DNA of 64,000 nt from the human T2T-CHM13v2.0 reference genome, Homo sapiens. Positions 28,103 through 40,275 of this stretch are shown here, piece by piece (position 1 is the stretch's first letter; each line of letters opens with the position of its first letter). Under the pieces are notes generated by a model, which searched no databases, was not told the origin of the DNA, and worked only from the letters and a program-made list of their open reading frames with translations. Location: assembly GCF_009914755.1 (NCBI RefSeq), contig NC_060926.1, one strand, 5' to 3'. The position numbers and the translations under genes were made by a program.

Positions 28103-28703
28103 TGTTGCGGCTTAGAAAAAGGTATCCCAAAATATATGCTGCTTTGAACTTCAGACTGCAAAGTACCTGGGGAGCAGCCAATGCAGGGATGGGTTTTCTC
28201 TGAAGTTCCCTTATCTGACAAAGTGAAGTTCCTTTAGAAGAAAGAAAGAAAGAAAAGGAAGAAAGAAAGAAAAGGAAGAAAAGAAAGAAAGAAAGCATCT
28301 GTAATAAACCCACTACCTATAATCTCATCAGACCAGAAAGATTAAGTCAGAAGAAAAGAGGCTGAAGGTCAACACACCACGTCTTTTGCTGAGGACTGCT
28401 GCCTGAGAGAACCTGCATATCAAGACAACCTTTGTTCTCCATGCATTTCCTCCCCTCAACCTCCTATAACCTGTCACCACCTGAAACCCACACCTTTATT
28501 GTTTTCTGTAGCTCAGGATACTATACTATCTTCAGCCATCTGGTCTTTTTTGGAGTCGTATACTCTGTGGAACCCCAGTGAGTATGCATGTAATAAATTG
28601 GCATCCCTTTTCTCCTCTTAATATGTCTGCTGTCAAGTTTATTCCAGAGACTGAAATTACAGAATCTTCACAGGGTAGAAGCAAAGTTCTTTTTGCCCCT
28701 ACG
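28103..28703 (+). mobile_element. ERV1 solo LTR (MER4-group) containing a (GAAA)n tract at ~28236-28294
   Basis: tgttgcggcttagaaaaaggtatcccaaaatat...aataaattgg...ttttgcccctacg; 4-bp TSD ctac/ctat. Confidence 0.7.
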
Positions 28704-29124
28704 CTATTCTCAATGCTGCAGCTTTAGAAGAGCTTATCTGTCTTGACTTGAGTATTTTTTGATCAGCCATACACTGAAATTGCATGTTAATTTGTAGATA
28801 CTTCTCTGATAAAAATGATAAATTCAAAGGTTATGGTTTTATTGCCCTGTGAGGTATTAAACATTTATATGCCTAACCTATGAATCTCATTTAAACATTA
28901 TTTTTCATTAAAATACCTATAAATACCCAATTCCTCTAATGAGGTTAGACCAGCAATACTGGTCTGTTTCCCTCAATAATGCCATAAGTAATTTTCTGAT
29001 CTATGTTCATTCTAGATTTTTATTATAGTCACATTTTTAACTTTTGAAAATTATACTTTGATACTTCCTTTCTCGAACTTAGAATGAATCTATGATTCAC
29101 TGACTAAACAGAGTGACAAGCTTA

Positions 29125-29661
29125 TGAACAGTCTACTCCACAATATGGCACTTTGGCATATTGAAGGAATTTGAGAAATAGCAGGTTGAAGAAGGGCTCC
29201 CTAACTTTCTCCTTTCCTCTGAAGGAGGTCATAGAAACAGCAAATACTGCAAAAACTCTCTAACCTTATCCTTCTCCCCTGGAGTAGGTCATAAGATCCT
29301 CAAGTGAGAGGTGACCTCCCTACCTCCAGAGGAAAGAAACATCCTTATTTCCAAAGATGGTGGGAAACAGAGAAATCTGAACAGGTGATGCTAAATGCCC
29401 CATTTACTATTCTTAGCTCTTAACCATGCCCTATCATGTTCTCTCCATAACTTTCTACTCTTCATCATACTTAGTATGAAAATACTCAGGCTCAACCATC
29501 TCTTTGGGTCTTCATTTCCTTATGAATGCTTCTGTGTCACATAAAATTTATATTAAATAAATGTGTGTATTTTTCTCTTGTTAATCTTTTGTTAGTCTAA
29601 TTGGCATGGTCCCAGCTGGAGAACTTAAAACAGGTCAAAATTATATTTTTTCCTCCCCTAA
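29125..29661 (+). mobile_element. ERV1 solo LTR (MER34/MER39-like)
   Basis: caatatggcactttggcatattgaagg...aggtcataagatcctcaagtgagaggtgacctccctacc...ttttcctcccctaa. Confidence 0.7.
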
Positions 29662-31389
29662 AAGAGTTTCCTTCTGCAATCTGAGCCTAAACTTTCCTCC
29701 TATCCTATGCCTCAAAATACTTCCTCAGTAACATGCTGCTTCTATTGATGTTCTCTTAATAGTAAGACTAACATAGACATATGTGTCAGCATTACCATTT
29801 GTAAGGGTATATTGTCAAAACAAGGTAGAGAAGGCAGAAACTTTGTGGGAATGTCTATCACCTCCTACAAGGATAAGCAGAAAGAAGATACTGCAATTAA
29901 TTGGATAGAGATTTTCAGGCTATTGATACTAGTTTTATTCCTAAATTATACAGTCTTTATAAAATCATAAATATTTAAATTTTTCCCAAACAAAAATAAG
30001 CTTTTTTTTTTTTTCAACCAGTCCATTAACCAGGGCTTTAAAAGTATGAATTATTTATCTGTCTTGAGAAATCTGGAATGTATGGTTTGCTTTGTTTTTG
30101 AGTCTTTTTGTATTATTATATCAGCTAGAGCTCAGAACTCACTGTTACAAATGTCGTTTCAAATATCTTGGGTTCAGATAAAGTATGTGCCAGAGTCCAT
30201 TCAATGACCCATCCCTCAAGCTGGGCATGCAGTTGCTTTAGTTTATACAATTGTAATTTCAGACAAAAGAGCTGTTTGACAGCATTCATACCTTCTCTCA
30301 ACTCTTTATCATTTCAGAAAGATTTTCTGCCACTGAAACAATAGATACTGTTACCAGTCATGCAACTTTGAAGCATTGAGATCTCACTACAGAACTTAAT
30401 AATAAGCCAAACACTTAGTAACTATGGGGAATTGGCTTTGTTCCTCATTTTATAGTTGAAGTGTCTGCTTTTAATTTAATTTGTATTAGAATTAAAGAGT
30501 TGAGGCAATTAGACAAAGAGTTCAAGCAAGTAAGCCAATACATAAATGCATTAGATGGATGAACGGATAAATTTGACCAAATTTAATAAGCATTTAAAGG
30601 TTTTCCAAATTACAGGAAGCTTTTTTCAACCAGCCTGGAAACTAGAATTTTTAAAAGTCTAAATTATATACCTGTCTTCAGAAATCAGAAAATGATTTGA
30701 ACATTTTTAGGAGCGAAGTGAATTTCCTAAAGTATTGAGTATTTTACCTTAATTTTGCTGAAATATAACAAAGTTCATAGGAGATGAATGAAAATAACCA
30801 TAATCATTTTATGACATTACTAAAATATCTCAAAATGTAAGTCCCTTATTGCTTTACTGTTACTGGAACAAAATTTTAAATATTTTCTTCTTACTATATT
30901 TTTTTAGTTGCTACTTATTCTTTTTTTCAACCAAAAGTCACCTGGATTTTGCTCTCATTGTTCCTTTGAAGTGGCTCTTATTTTGATTACTTAACATTCC
31001 TTAATTGTCAAAAGTTAGTGAGAAATTTTCTGCTCTATATCAATATCATCTGAAAGTACTGACCACTCATCTTCTGAAATATCGATAACTCTAAATATCA
31101 ACATTGGCAAAAGTAGAAGAAAAAAAGAATAAAAATATTTTGAAACTTGTAAAGTAGTATATAAATACAAGCAACTATGTTTTTAAAACTTGTTATTTGT
31201 TAGATTTAAAAACTTAAATTTGCACCGAGTAATAATTAATGAGAATGAAACATTCAGAAAAGAGTTTAAAAAATGAATAGTTGTAGTGATAACTCATAAT
31301 TGGCTATAAAATGACACATCAATTTTTTTGTTATATTATGAGGCAAGTAATGAATTACCAGAATTGGTGAACATAGAACTGAAACATTT

Positions 31390-32068
31390 TAAAGTCAAAA
31401 AATAACAGATGCTGGCAAGGTTGCAGAGAAAAGGGAACACTTACACATTGTCGATGGGATCGTAAATTAGTTCAACCATTGTAGAAAGCAGTATGGCAAT
31501 TCCTCAAAGAGCTAAAAGCAGAACTACCATTTAACCCAGCAATCCCATTACTGTGTATATACCCAGAGGAATATAAATCATTCTATGATAAAGACACAAG
31601 CACTTGAATGTTTAACACAGCACTATAAGCACCATTCACAATAGCAAAGACATGGAATCAACCTAAATGCTCATCGTGACTGATTGGATAAAGAAAACAT
31701 GGTGCATATATATACCATGGAATACTATGCAGCAATAAAAAGGAATGAGATTATGTTGTTTGCAGGAATATGAATGGAGCTGGAGGTTATTAGCAAACTA
31801 AGACAGAAACAGAAATCAAAATACTTCATGTTCTCATGTATTAGTAGGAGCTGAATGATGAGAACTCATGAACACAAAGAAGGGAACAATAGACACTGGA
31901 GTCTACTTGAGGGTGGAGGATGGGAGGAGGGAGAGGAGTAGAAAAGACAACTTTTGGGGACTTGGCAATGAAATAATCTGTACAACAAACCCCCATAACA
32001 CAAGTTTACCTATGTAACAAACCTGCCCTTGTACCCCGAACCTAAAATAAAAGTTAGAAAAAAAAACC
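31390..32068 (+). mobile_element. Old L1PA 3' end, 5'-truncated
   Basis: ORF2 C-terminal sequence (aaagtcaaaaaataacagatgctggcaagg...), 3' UTR and A-rich tail. Confidence 0.92.
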
Positions 32069-33310
32069 CACAAAATTGAGAAAGTCAAATCTTGCTTAAA
32101 AAAAAAAATAAAAATAAAAGGAATTGTTGTTTGTCTTTTTTATGTCATTCTGAACCATTGTCTAACAAGGCCATCCAAGGATTACTTCATTCTCCTGGGG
32201 AATATACCTTTGTTTGACTTATAATTTCAAGCAAATATTGCTTAGGTCCCCTTCTCTATGGATTTAATTTGTTTAAATCCATGTTTAGATTGATGCATTA
32301 AAAATACTTTTTCTCCAATAGAGATGCAAATGATTTCCATCAGGTAGAAAAGATAACTGCAAAGTTTACACTTTCATTGTCCAGTACAATATTGACTAGT
32401 TTTATCTGTAATTTTGCAATCTTATATCAGTACTTTTTCTTTCATCGACTGTAAATATTTCAACCTCTTCCATTCTACTTTGAAACAGTTTTGCCATCCT
32501 GCTGGTTCTCTTGTTAATGAGCTAAATGTCTGCTTGACATATGCTCTCTATATATTTACATAAGTCATGTTTTTAACGTTTTGAAAATTATACACTGGCA
32601 ATTGTCAGTACTTGATTTCTTCTTTATTTTCTATATTGATTTTCTACCAACCAGAAATGGCAAATTTAAATGTCTACAAGGATCAGAATGAGAACATAAA
32701 TAGGCTAAATTTATTAATCAGGACTGTGGCAAATCTAGATGATGGCCAGAAAGTATACACCTACCTAAAAAAGGCAGCCTCAACTTCAGCACTTGTTTTG
32801 ATCTAGAGACGCTTTGTTGCTTCAAAGAACTTCAAAACATGATTTCCACATTTCAGTTGAAATCTCTCAATTTTTTAATGTTATAAACTAATTTTTAAAA
32901 TTTACAAAGCATTTTGTGTGTTCAGCCAAACCTATCTGCAACCATATTGGACCAAGGGCCACTAGTGTGATGACACCACAGCAAAGAAAACACTGTATAT
33001 CATTCGGTTCAGCCTAGCCCTCTAATTAAACATGTTTTTGAAAAGGTTACTAACATCAGTGAGAGTAACTGTCCTTATATTAAATAAACAAAATACCAAG
33101 ACTCCAAAATGGTGAGGCGATTAAATCAGGTAACAAATATTAAAAATCCAGGATAGTGACATCCAGTAGATTTTTCAAAAATATTAGTTATCTCCCAGAG
33201 GGAACAAAAAGACTGCCCTTTAATTTATATCTTTTTGACTGCTTGTGATGTGCATGTACTAGAGAATATTTTAGTACCAAAACAATAAATTAATAAGATA
33301 TACAGTAGTT

Positions 33311-33830
33311 GTGATAATTTAAAAATATGCCCACAAATTCTTTGATACTCCTCCTTTTAAGAGATGAAGCTTAATTCTCCTCCTGAAGGTGGGCTGTTCT
33401 TTGTTCTTCTACTGAACAGAATGTGGAAGAGATGATGGAGTATGATTTCTGAGGGTAAGTCACAAAAGGCATTGTAACTTCCATTCGGTTCTCTCTCTCT
33501 TTGGATCACTCACTCTGGTGGAAGCCACCTGCCATGCTATGAGGGCACTCAAGCAGCCCTATGTGGTCTACATTGCAAGGAACTGAGGCTTCCTGCCAGC
33601 AGCCACAAGAGTGAGCCTGGAAGCCAGTCTTTTAGCTCCAGTTAAGATGCCAGATGCCTGCAGTCCTGGCTAACATCTTGATTGCAACCTCATGAGAGTC
33701 TCTATAACAGAACCACCTCACTAAGCCACTCCTGAATTTCTGACCCATAGAAACTGTAAGATAATAATCTTTGCTGTTTTTAAAGTCAGCAAGCCTTGGC
33801 ATAATCTTTTATGCAGCAAAAGATAACTCA
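33311..33830 (+). mobile_element. MLT1F-like LTR
   Basis: tgtgataatttaaaaatatgcccacaaattctttgatactcctcc...aactgaggcttcctgccagcagccac...gcagcaaaagataact. Confidence 0.85.
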
Positions 33831-34109
33831 GTAGTCAAATCCCTGCAACTTTTAAAGATGAATTTTGTTGGCTTCCCAGCTCTTGGCTATCATTTTCTGA
33901 CCAACCTGTAAACAAGACTGCCTACGCCAATAACTGTTTTGGATTCCTGAAATTATCCATCATGCAGCTCTAATGCTGAAAACACAGAGGATAATCCGTA
34001 AATGCTCATAAATGAACCCTGAGAAATTTAAAGACACACTCTCTTGAAAATGTCTGCTCTATTTTATCAAAGTGTCATTCTGTGCATTGGGACACAACCA
34101 AGGCCTGGA

Positions 34110-36060
34110 TCCCTTGCATTGTCCCATCCTCAAGAAGGGCAGCATCAGATAGGACTAGTGTTATGAAGAAAACAAGACGGAAAAATGGCAGAGAGTGGCT
34201 GTTTAGGGAAGTCATCCTGAGAAGGATGGTATGTGAACTGAGCTCTGACAAGAAGATGCTAGCCATGTGGAATTTGGGCAGTAAGGCCTACCAAGAAGAA
34301 CTGAGCTTGGCATTTTCTGAAAATGAGAAGCAGGGGTAAAGGGGCTATTTTGTAGCTAAAATAAGAAAGAATGAGAAAATATGAGGTAGCAAAGATAGGC
34401 AGGGATATGTAAACTATGGTCAGGGGATGGATTTTGGATTGTAAAACCAAGGAATTCCTTTGTTTTCAATGCAATTTTTATTTCTATCATACAGTAAATG
34501 TGCATGATTTAAAAAGTCAAACACTCCATCAAGGCTTATGGTAAAAAATAGCAGTGTCCACTCCACTCCTCTCCATTCTCTTCCAATTGTTTTGGCTACG
34601 TCAAGTGCATTTACTTTCGTAATTCTCTATAAGACGTTTCTATTAGTATTTTTAAAATTTAAAGCTTATATATAACTTAACGACTTTCTGCTATATAAGA
34701 CTAGAAATTCATTCTTTACACCCCTCCATACTCATGGACGCATACACACATATATATTCACACTTTCTCTCCCCTCATCCTCCCACAATCTAATTTTCAG
34801 TTAAATTAATATTCAGTCTTTATATAATTATGACTATATACATTTTTGTTGATAGGTGAGAAAGTAGTTTAGTATTACTACACTTCCTTCCTTGAACAAG
34901 TTTTGGGTTATTTTTAGAGTTAGAGTTAATTGCTTTGTGTTTCAGCTTTTCTTTTTCTTTCTTAGAATTTATTATTGCATAATTCTACAAAAGAACTACA
35001 AAACTCCTCCCCAAATGGAAAATCAGTATTCTAGTCAGTTTTTTATTGTTGCTGTTGTTTACTTTTGACATCATTCCTGTTGCCTACCATCTTCCTGTTC
35101 CAAACTGCAACGGTTTACTCCTTCGCCATGGTTTGGGGGCTTCCTTTTATTAGTCCTGAGACTTACTGCTTATGAAATTAAATTCCCTGTTTTCTGCCAA
35201 AGTAGTTGATATGCCTTGGCTGTATCCCCACCCCACCTTACAATGCAAGGTATCTCACCTTGAACTGTTCTTGTGGTAGAGAATAAGTTTCATGAGATCT
35301 GATGGATTTATAAATGGGAGTTCCCCTGCACAAACCTCTTGCCTGCCACCATGTAAGACATGATTTTGATCCTCATTTGCCTTCTACAATGATTGTGAGG
35401 CCTTCCCAGCTATGTGAAACTTTGAATCAATTAAGCCTCTTTCCTTTATAAATTATCCAGTCTCAGGTATATCTTTATTAGCAGGGTGAGATCAGACTAT
35501 AGTAGTGGATAAGAAATTGCCTGTCTGTTGGGGTTGTATTAGGGAACCTAGAGGCCTAGCTATTTTCAAAACAGGCTCTAAGCTAATCCTCTTATTCTCA
35601 GCCCCACTGGAAAAACCCTACCTTCATTGGTGCCTGAAGTCTCTAAATGTTTAGCCTTGCTGGGGTTCTTATCTTAGATTTTTACTTACACTCACTTAAA
35701 GCAGGAAAATATGAAATCTTATTTATTATTTAATTATCTGCTCCTTATTGTCCGAAATTGTCTCACATAATTTGTCTCTTCTCTTTGGTATTTTTGGGTT
35801 AATACATTCAAAAGCATTTTTTACTGTACTTAGAGTAGACTTTCAAAAAAGAACATATATGATATAAATACTTGTTTCATCTGCAGTGTTTCATGGAAGG
35901 TCACCAGAACTATTTCAAGCAGGGCAAGGAGATGTCTATTCAGTATTTGAAAAAGATCATTCTGGTTGCTGTATGGATAAAGGGGAAAAGTCTGAAAACA
36001 AGTGACCAGTTAGGAACATACTGCAGTTTCCAGGAGGGAAATATGGTAACTTCAAAGAGT
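34110..36060 (-). mobile_element. L2 (minus) interrupted by an old L1M fragment (~34460-35890)
   Basis: L2-like gaactgagctctga...agccatgtggaatttgggc and tttgaaaaagatcattctggttgctgtatgga; the intervening sequence is T-rich and L1ME-like. Confidence 0.5.
35207..35501 (+). mobile_element. THE1-type solo LTR with an internal deletion
   Basis: tgatatgccttggctgtatcccca...tctcaggtatatctttattagcagggtgagatcagactata; TSD gtagt/gtagt. Confidence 0.88.
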
Positions 36061-37179
36061 ATCAAAGCAGTAGTGAAGTTATGTAACAGAAACTCACCAC
36101 CTTTCTTTAGTCAATATTAAATATGTAATCATATTTAATGGGATACATTTAAGTTGTCTTCTAGCTTTGGTGTAGGAGCCAAAAATGATGGCAGAAATTT
36201 TGAAGACATCACAGAAAATCAGAAAAATTCCAAATCCAGATTTGTTTCTATTCACGTTTCTGTTCTTGTATATTATGAATATTTTAACATTTTTATTTCT
36301 ACTCAATTATTGCCCCATAAGTTGTGATGTTAAAGGAAAAGGTAAGATTATGAAGAAACCTATTCCATTTTCCTCGATTTATGTATCTCTTGAATGGTTT
36401 AAGTGGGAAATTAACATTTAGGTTTTATACCACATTTCTTTGCAGGAACGTTTGAAAATGCCTACTGAATAAGATGATATAATTGCATTTATTTTTACTT
36501 TTATATGTCACCATAATCTTTACCAAGAAGCATGTACTCACTTTATCCCTGGAAGGAATTAAGCAAACTGAGTTGAACAAACAAAGGCTCTGTCAGGTTG
36601 GTACAGTAATTAAAATGGTATTATGGAAGTTCAATGAGCAGGCACATCCTAAATCAGAGAAGGCTCTGTGCCACATTACAGAGCCTTTCCTTATTCCTTT
36701 AATGAAAGACTGTCCCCATCTATGCTCCGATCCTGTTTCTTAAACAGATAAAATGAATTCAAATATCTAGGACACTTCTGAATGCTAGCAGTCACAAAGC
36801 TCTACATAGAACCTGTGCATGTCTTTCTTGGAAAAAGACAAGGAAAGGGCTCCTGTCATTTGGTGGCAGGTCAATATCAGGTATCTGTGCGGGGTCTTGG
36901 ATATTCTTATGCTTTTTGTTTGGGGGAGGAGGCACAGGTGACTGGGCTTTTGTACCTCCTTCCACTCACTTTTACACCATTTCCCCAATTCCTTCTTCTA
37001 GCACAGGCCACAAGCCAATTTTATCTACTATGGTAGATGCACTTAGAAAAGACTCCAGGTTATCCCTTCCCTACAGCAGAAAACATAGTTTACACAGAGG
37101 TGTCTTTTTCCCAGTAGGCAAACATTATATTCTTACTCGATCCACAAATCAAAAGTATTCATCCATTCCATTTTTATCT

Positions 37180-39195
37180 TTCCCCAATTCACCACATATT
37201 CAATCTATCAATAAATCTTAAAGCCTCCTCTTGAAACTATCCACTTCTTTCTATATCTGCTATTACGCTCCTTGTTTAGACACTATCTTATCTCTTCTGG
37301 ATGGCTACAATAGTTTCTATAACTGCTCTCTCTGCTTCCTTTCTAGACCCACTGTAAAGTTCCTCACAGAGAACCCAGAGTGATCATTGCAAAACATAAA
37401 TTATACCATGACACCATAGAAGAAATCAGTGCTCCTTGTGATCAGGGTTCTGTTTCAGTAGATTGCAGTGAAGAAAAGTCTTAAACTGATAGACTCTTAA
37501 GATTTACTGTCCTGCACAAATGCTTTCAGAAATACATCATCAATATCTTTACCAACATCTCAGCTTACTAGACTTTAGCTCAATTTTATGTTAAAACACC
37601 TTAGAGTATTTCTCTTATAACATTTTACCATGAAGGCCACTCAGGAACTGAGGCTCAGTGGGCTTTTATTTGTGTATTTTTTTCTTCTACATAGTTTTAA
37701 TCAACGGCAGGTTTTACTCTAAATCTTCAGTCTGCACTTTTTTCCCCAAAATATTGCTCCTTTACTTAAAAATCTCCAATGGCTTTCCACCATGATCAGG
37801 AGAGAATTTAAAGTCTTTAATATGAACTACAAGGCTCCTAAACTCCCTGTTCTAATATTGTCTTTGCTCACTCTACTGCAGTCACACTTGTCTGCTTTTC
37901 TTTGAACCTGCAGAGAAAGCTCCTTAAGTCTTGATTCTTGAAAAAAGGCAAAGACACTTATTGATTTTTATAATTTATGTCTTCAAGAACTTGTGCCATT
38001 TTATTACCATTATGTAATTAATTTTGACAAATCAAGTAAGTTCAATATCTAAAATGTTTGTCCAACCCCATTAAAAAGTGGGCAAAGAACATGAACAGAC
38101 ATTTCTCAAAAGAAGACATACATCTGGCCAACAAACATGAAAAAGAGCTCAACATCACTGACCACTGGAGAAATGCAAATCAAAACCACAATGAGATACC
38201 ATCTCACATCAATCAGAATGACTATTATTAAAAAGACAAAAAATAACATATGCTGCCAAGGCTTCAGATAAAAAAGGAACACTCACACCCTGTTGGTGGG
38301 AGTGTTAACTAGTTCAACCATTGTGGAAAGCAATGTGGCAATTCCTCAAAGAGCTAAAAGTAGAACTACCATTGGACCCAGCAATCCCATTACTGGGCAT
38401 ATACCCAGAAGAATATAAATCATTCTACCATAAAGACACATGCACGTATATGTTAATTGCCGAACTATTCACAATAGCAAAGACGTGGAATCAACCTTAA
38501 TGCTCATCACTGGTAGACTAGATAAAGGAAATATAGTACATATACACCAAAGAAAACTATGTAGCCACAAAAAAACAAAACAAAAAACCAAGATCATATC
38601 CTTTGCAGTAACATGAATGGAGCTGGAGTTCTCAGTCACAAGTGGGAGCTGAATGATGAGAACACATGGACACATGAGGTGGAGGGAACAATGCACTGAG
38701 GCCTGCCGGGGGTGGGTGTGGGGGAGAGCAACAGGAAAAATAGCTAATGGATTCTGGGCTTAATACCTAGGTGATGAAATCATCTTTCAGACATTACTTA
38801 GCCCTCAAGACAAAATAATATCTGATATAGTCATGGCTTATGCTCTCTCTTCATTCAAGTATCTGCTCAAATGTCAGTTTTTCAGAAAGGACTCCATTGA
38901 CCAGTAGATATTAAGAAGACCACTTATCCCCCTATATGTACACACACATACATACACGCATACACACGCGGTGACTCATCCCCATCAATGTATACCATTG
39001 CCCTAATTTTATTTTTCTTGTAGTTTTCATCACTGAGAAGTTAACTAGTGACTTATCAGTGCACTGTCTCCCCACATTAGAATATAAGCCCCATATGAGC
39101 AAAGGTCCTATATGTGTAATTCACTGCCGTTATTTCCAAAACCCAGAACTGTGTATAGCCCATAGTAAGTGTTCCGTGAATATTTAGAAATACAT
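37180..39195 (+). mobile_element. L2 3' region, interrupted by the inverted-duplication insert at 37930-38785
   Basis: Colinear L2 motifs lie on both sides of the insert (aaaatctccaatggctttcc...ctacaaggctc before; cttcattcaagtatctgctcaaatgtca...catagtaagtgttccgtgaatattt after). Confidence 0.75.
37930..38785 (+). repeat. Left arm of an inverted duplication (~130 bp unique flank plus ~720 bp of L1 3' region, no tail)
   Basis: Reverse complement of 40370-41073 joined to 42445-42592. Confidence 0.92.
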
Positions 39196-40275
39196 ACTTG
39201 TATTTTTGCAATAGCCTTTGCTCAAAAAATTCCTGCCTAAAATCCATGTTCTCACCTCTTCAGTCAGTTTAAGCAGCATCTGAAGTCATAGCTTTTTCAT
39301 TCCTTAATCAGCTGCAATATTTTCTTTGCTTTTACCATGAGCTCAAATATAATAAGTCACTTTACCTGAGAAATAAGTGTAGAAGGACCTATATTATTTA
39401 ACATAGATGAGTAATTTTATGAAAGGACAATTAGGCAGACAGCAATTTGCAGGAATGAGTACCCAGGGTGAGTAACAATAGTATGAGGGATGATAACACC
39501 ATAACACGGTGCGAAATAATAGTGACAACTGGTGAGTCTGAATGAGTAAAAATGGCTAAGAAAGCAAAGATCAAAATAATGTTCTGACAAAATGTCGTAC
39601 TAAGGATGAAATACTACCACATCCACTTATGCGTTAAAACTGCCACATCTTTTTACAGCCTTGCTGCTTGTGATTATCTGGAGTGCTATCTAGAGTGCTT
39701 TCTTATCTATCCCCTACCAAGAAACATTTTCTGACTCACAGTCATGGAAGTTTATGGCTCTTGTTCCTATCCTCTAGGAAAGAATTTACTGACACCTAGT
39801 CCACGGTTTTATTTGAGACTACCAATTACCTTGACAACTTCTGTTTGCATATATTAGATTACTTTAGATTACGTTTTGATTTGTGTCCCTAAAAATACAT
39901 ATTTTAAGTTATTATTATATTCATATAATTATTACATATGTTTTTATACAAATAACATTATTGTACTTTTTTAATTATTCATTTTTGTCATATTTCTTAA
40001 CCTAACCAAGTTGTAGACTCCGAATCTAAATCACAACAAATAGAAAATAGAAATGGTGCATGTTTCCCCAAAGTATTAGCTCTAATATACAATTAGAGAA
40101 GAAGATTCTGGACTGAATACTTTTAGTGGACTGATTCTGTAAATAAAAGGAGATCCTGTTAGATCAATGTTATCAGTTTCATTCAGTCTGTTAAAAGAAA
40201 TTGCAACCAAGAAACCCAGTGACCAAATATTTGTGAGATGCTTCTTCATCCATGTTTCCATTGACAAACATTTTA

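Larger units (their letters stand above)
27491..28722 (+). mobile_element. MER3 (hAT-Charlie) DNA transposon split by two LTR insertions
   Basis: Pieces at ~27491-27524, ~27952-28102 and ~28704-28722 join into MER3 (gtgctgcccaacagcactttct...gctgtcccataaagtaaccactagcca...aatttaaatttaaat...gctagtgactac); flanked by ctctagaa/ctttagaa. Confidence 0.75.
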
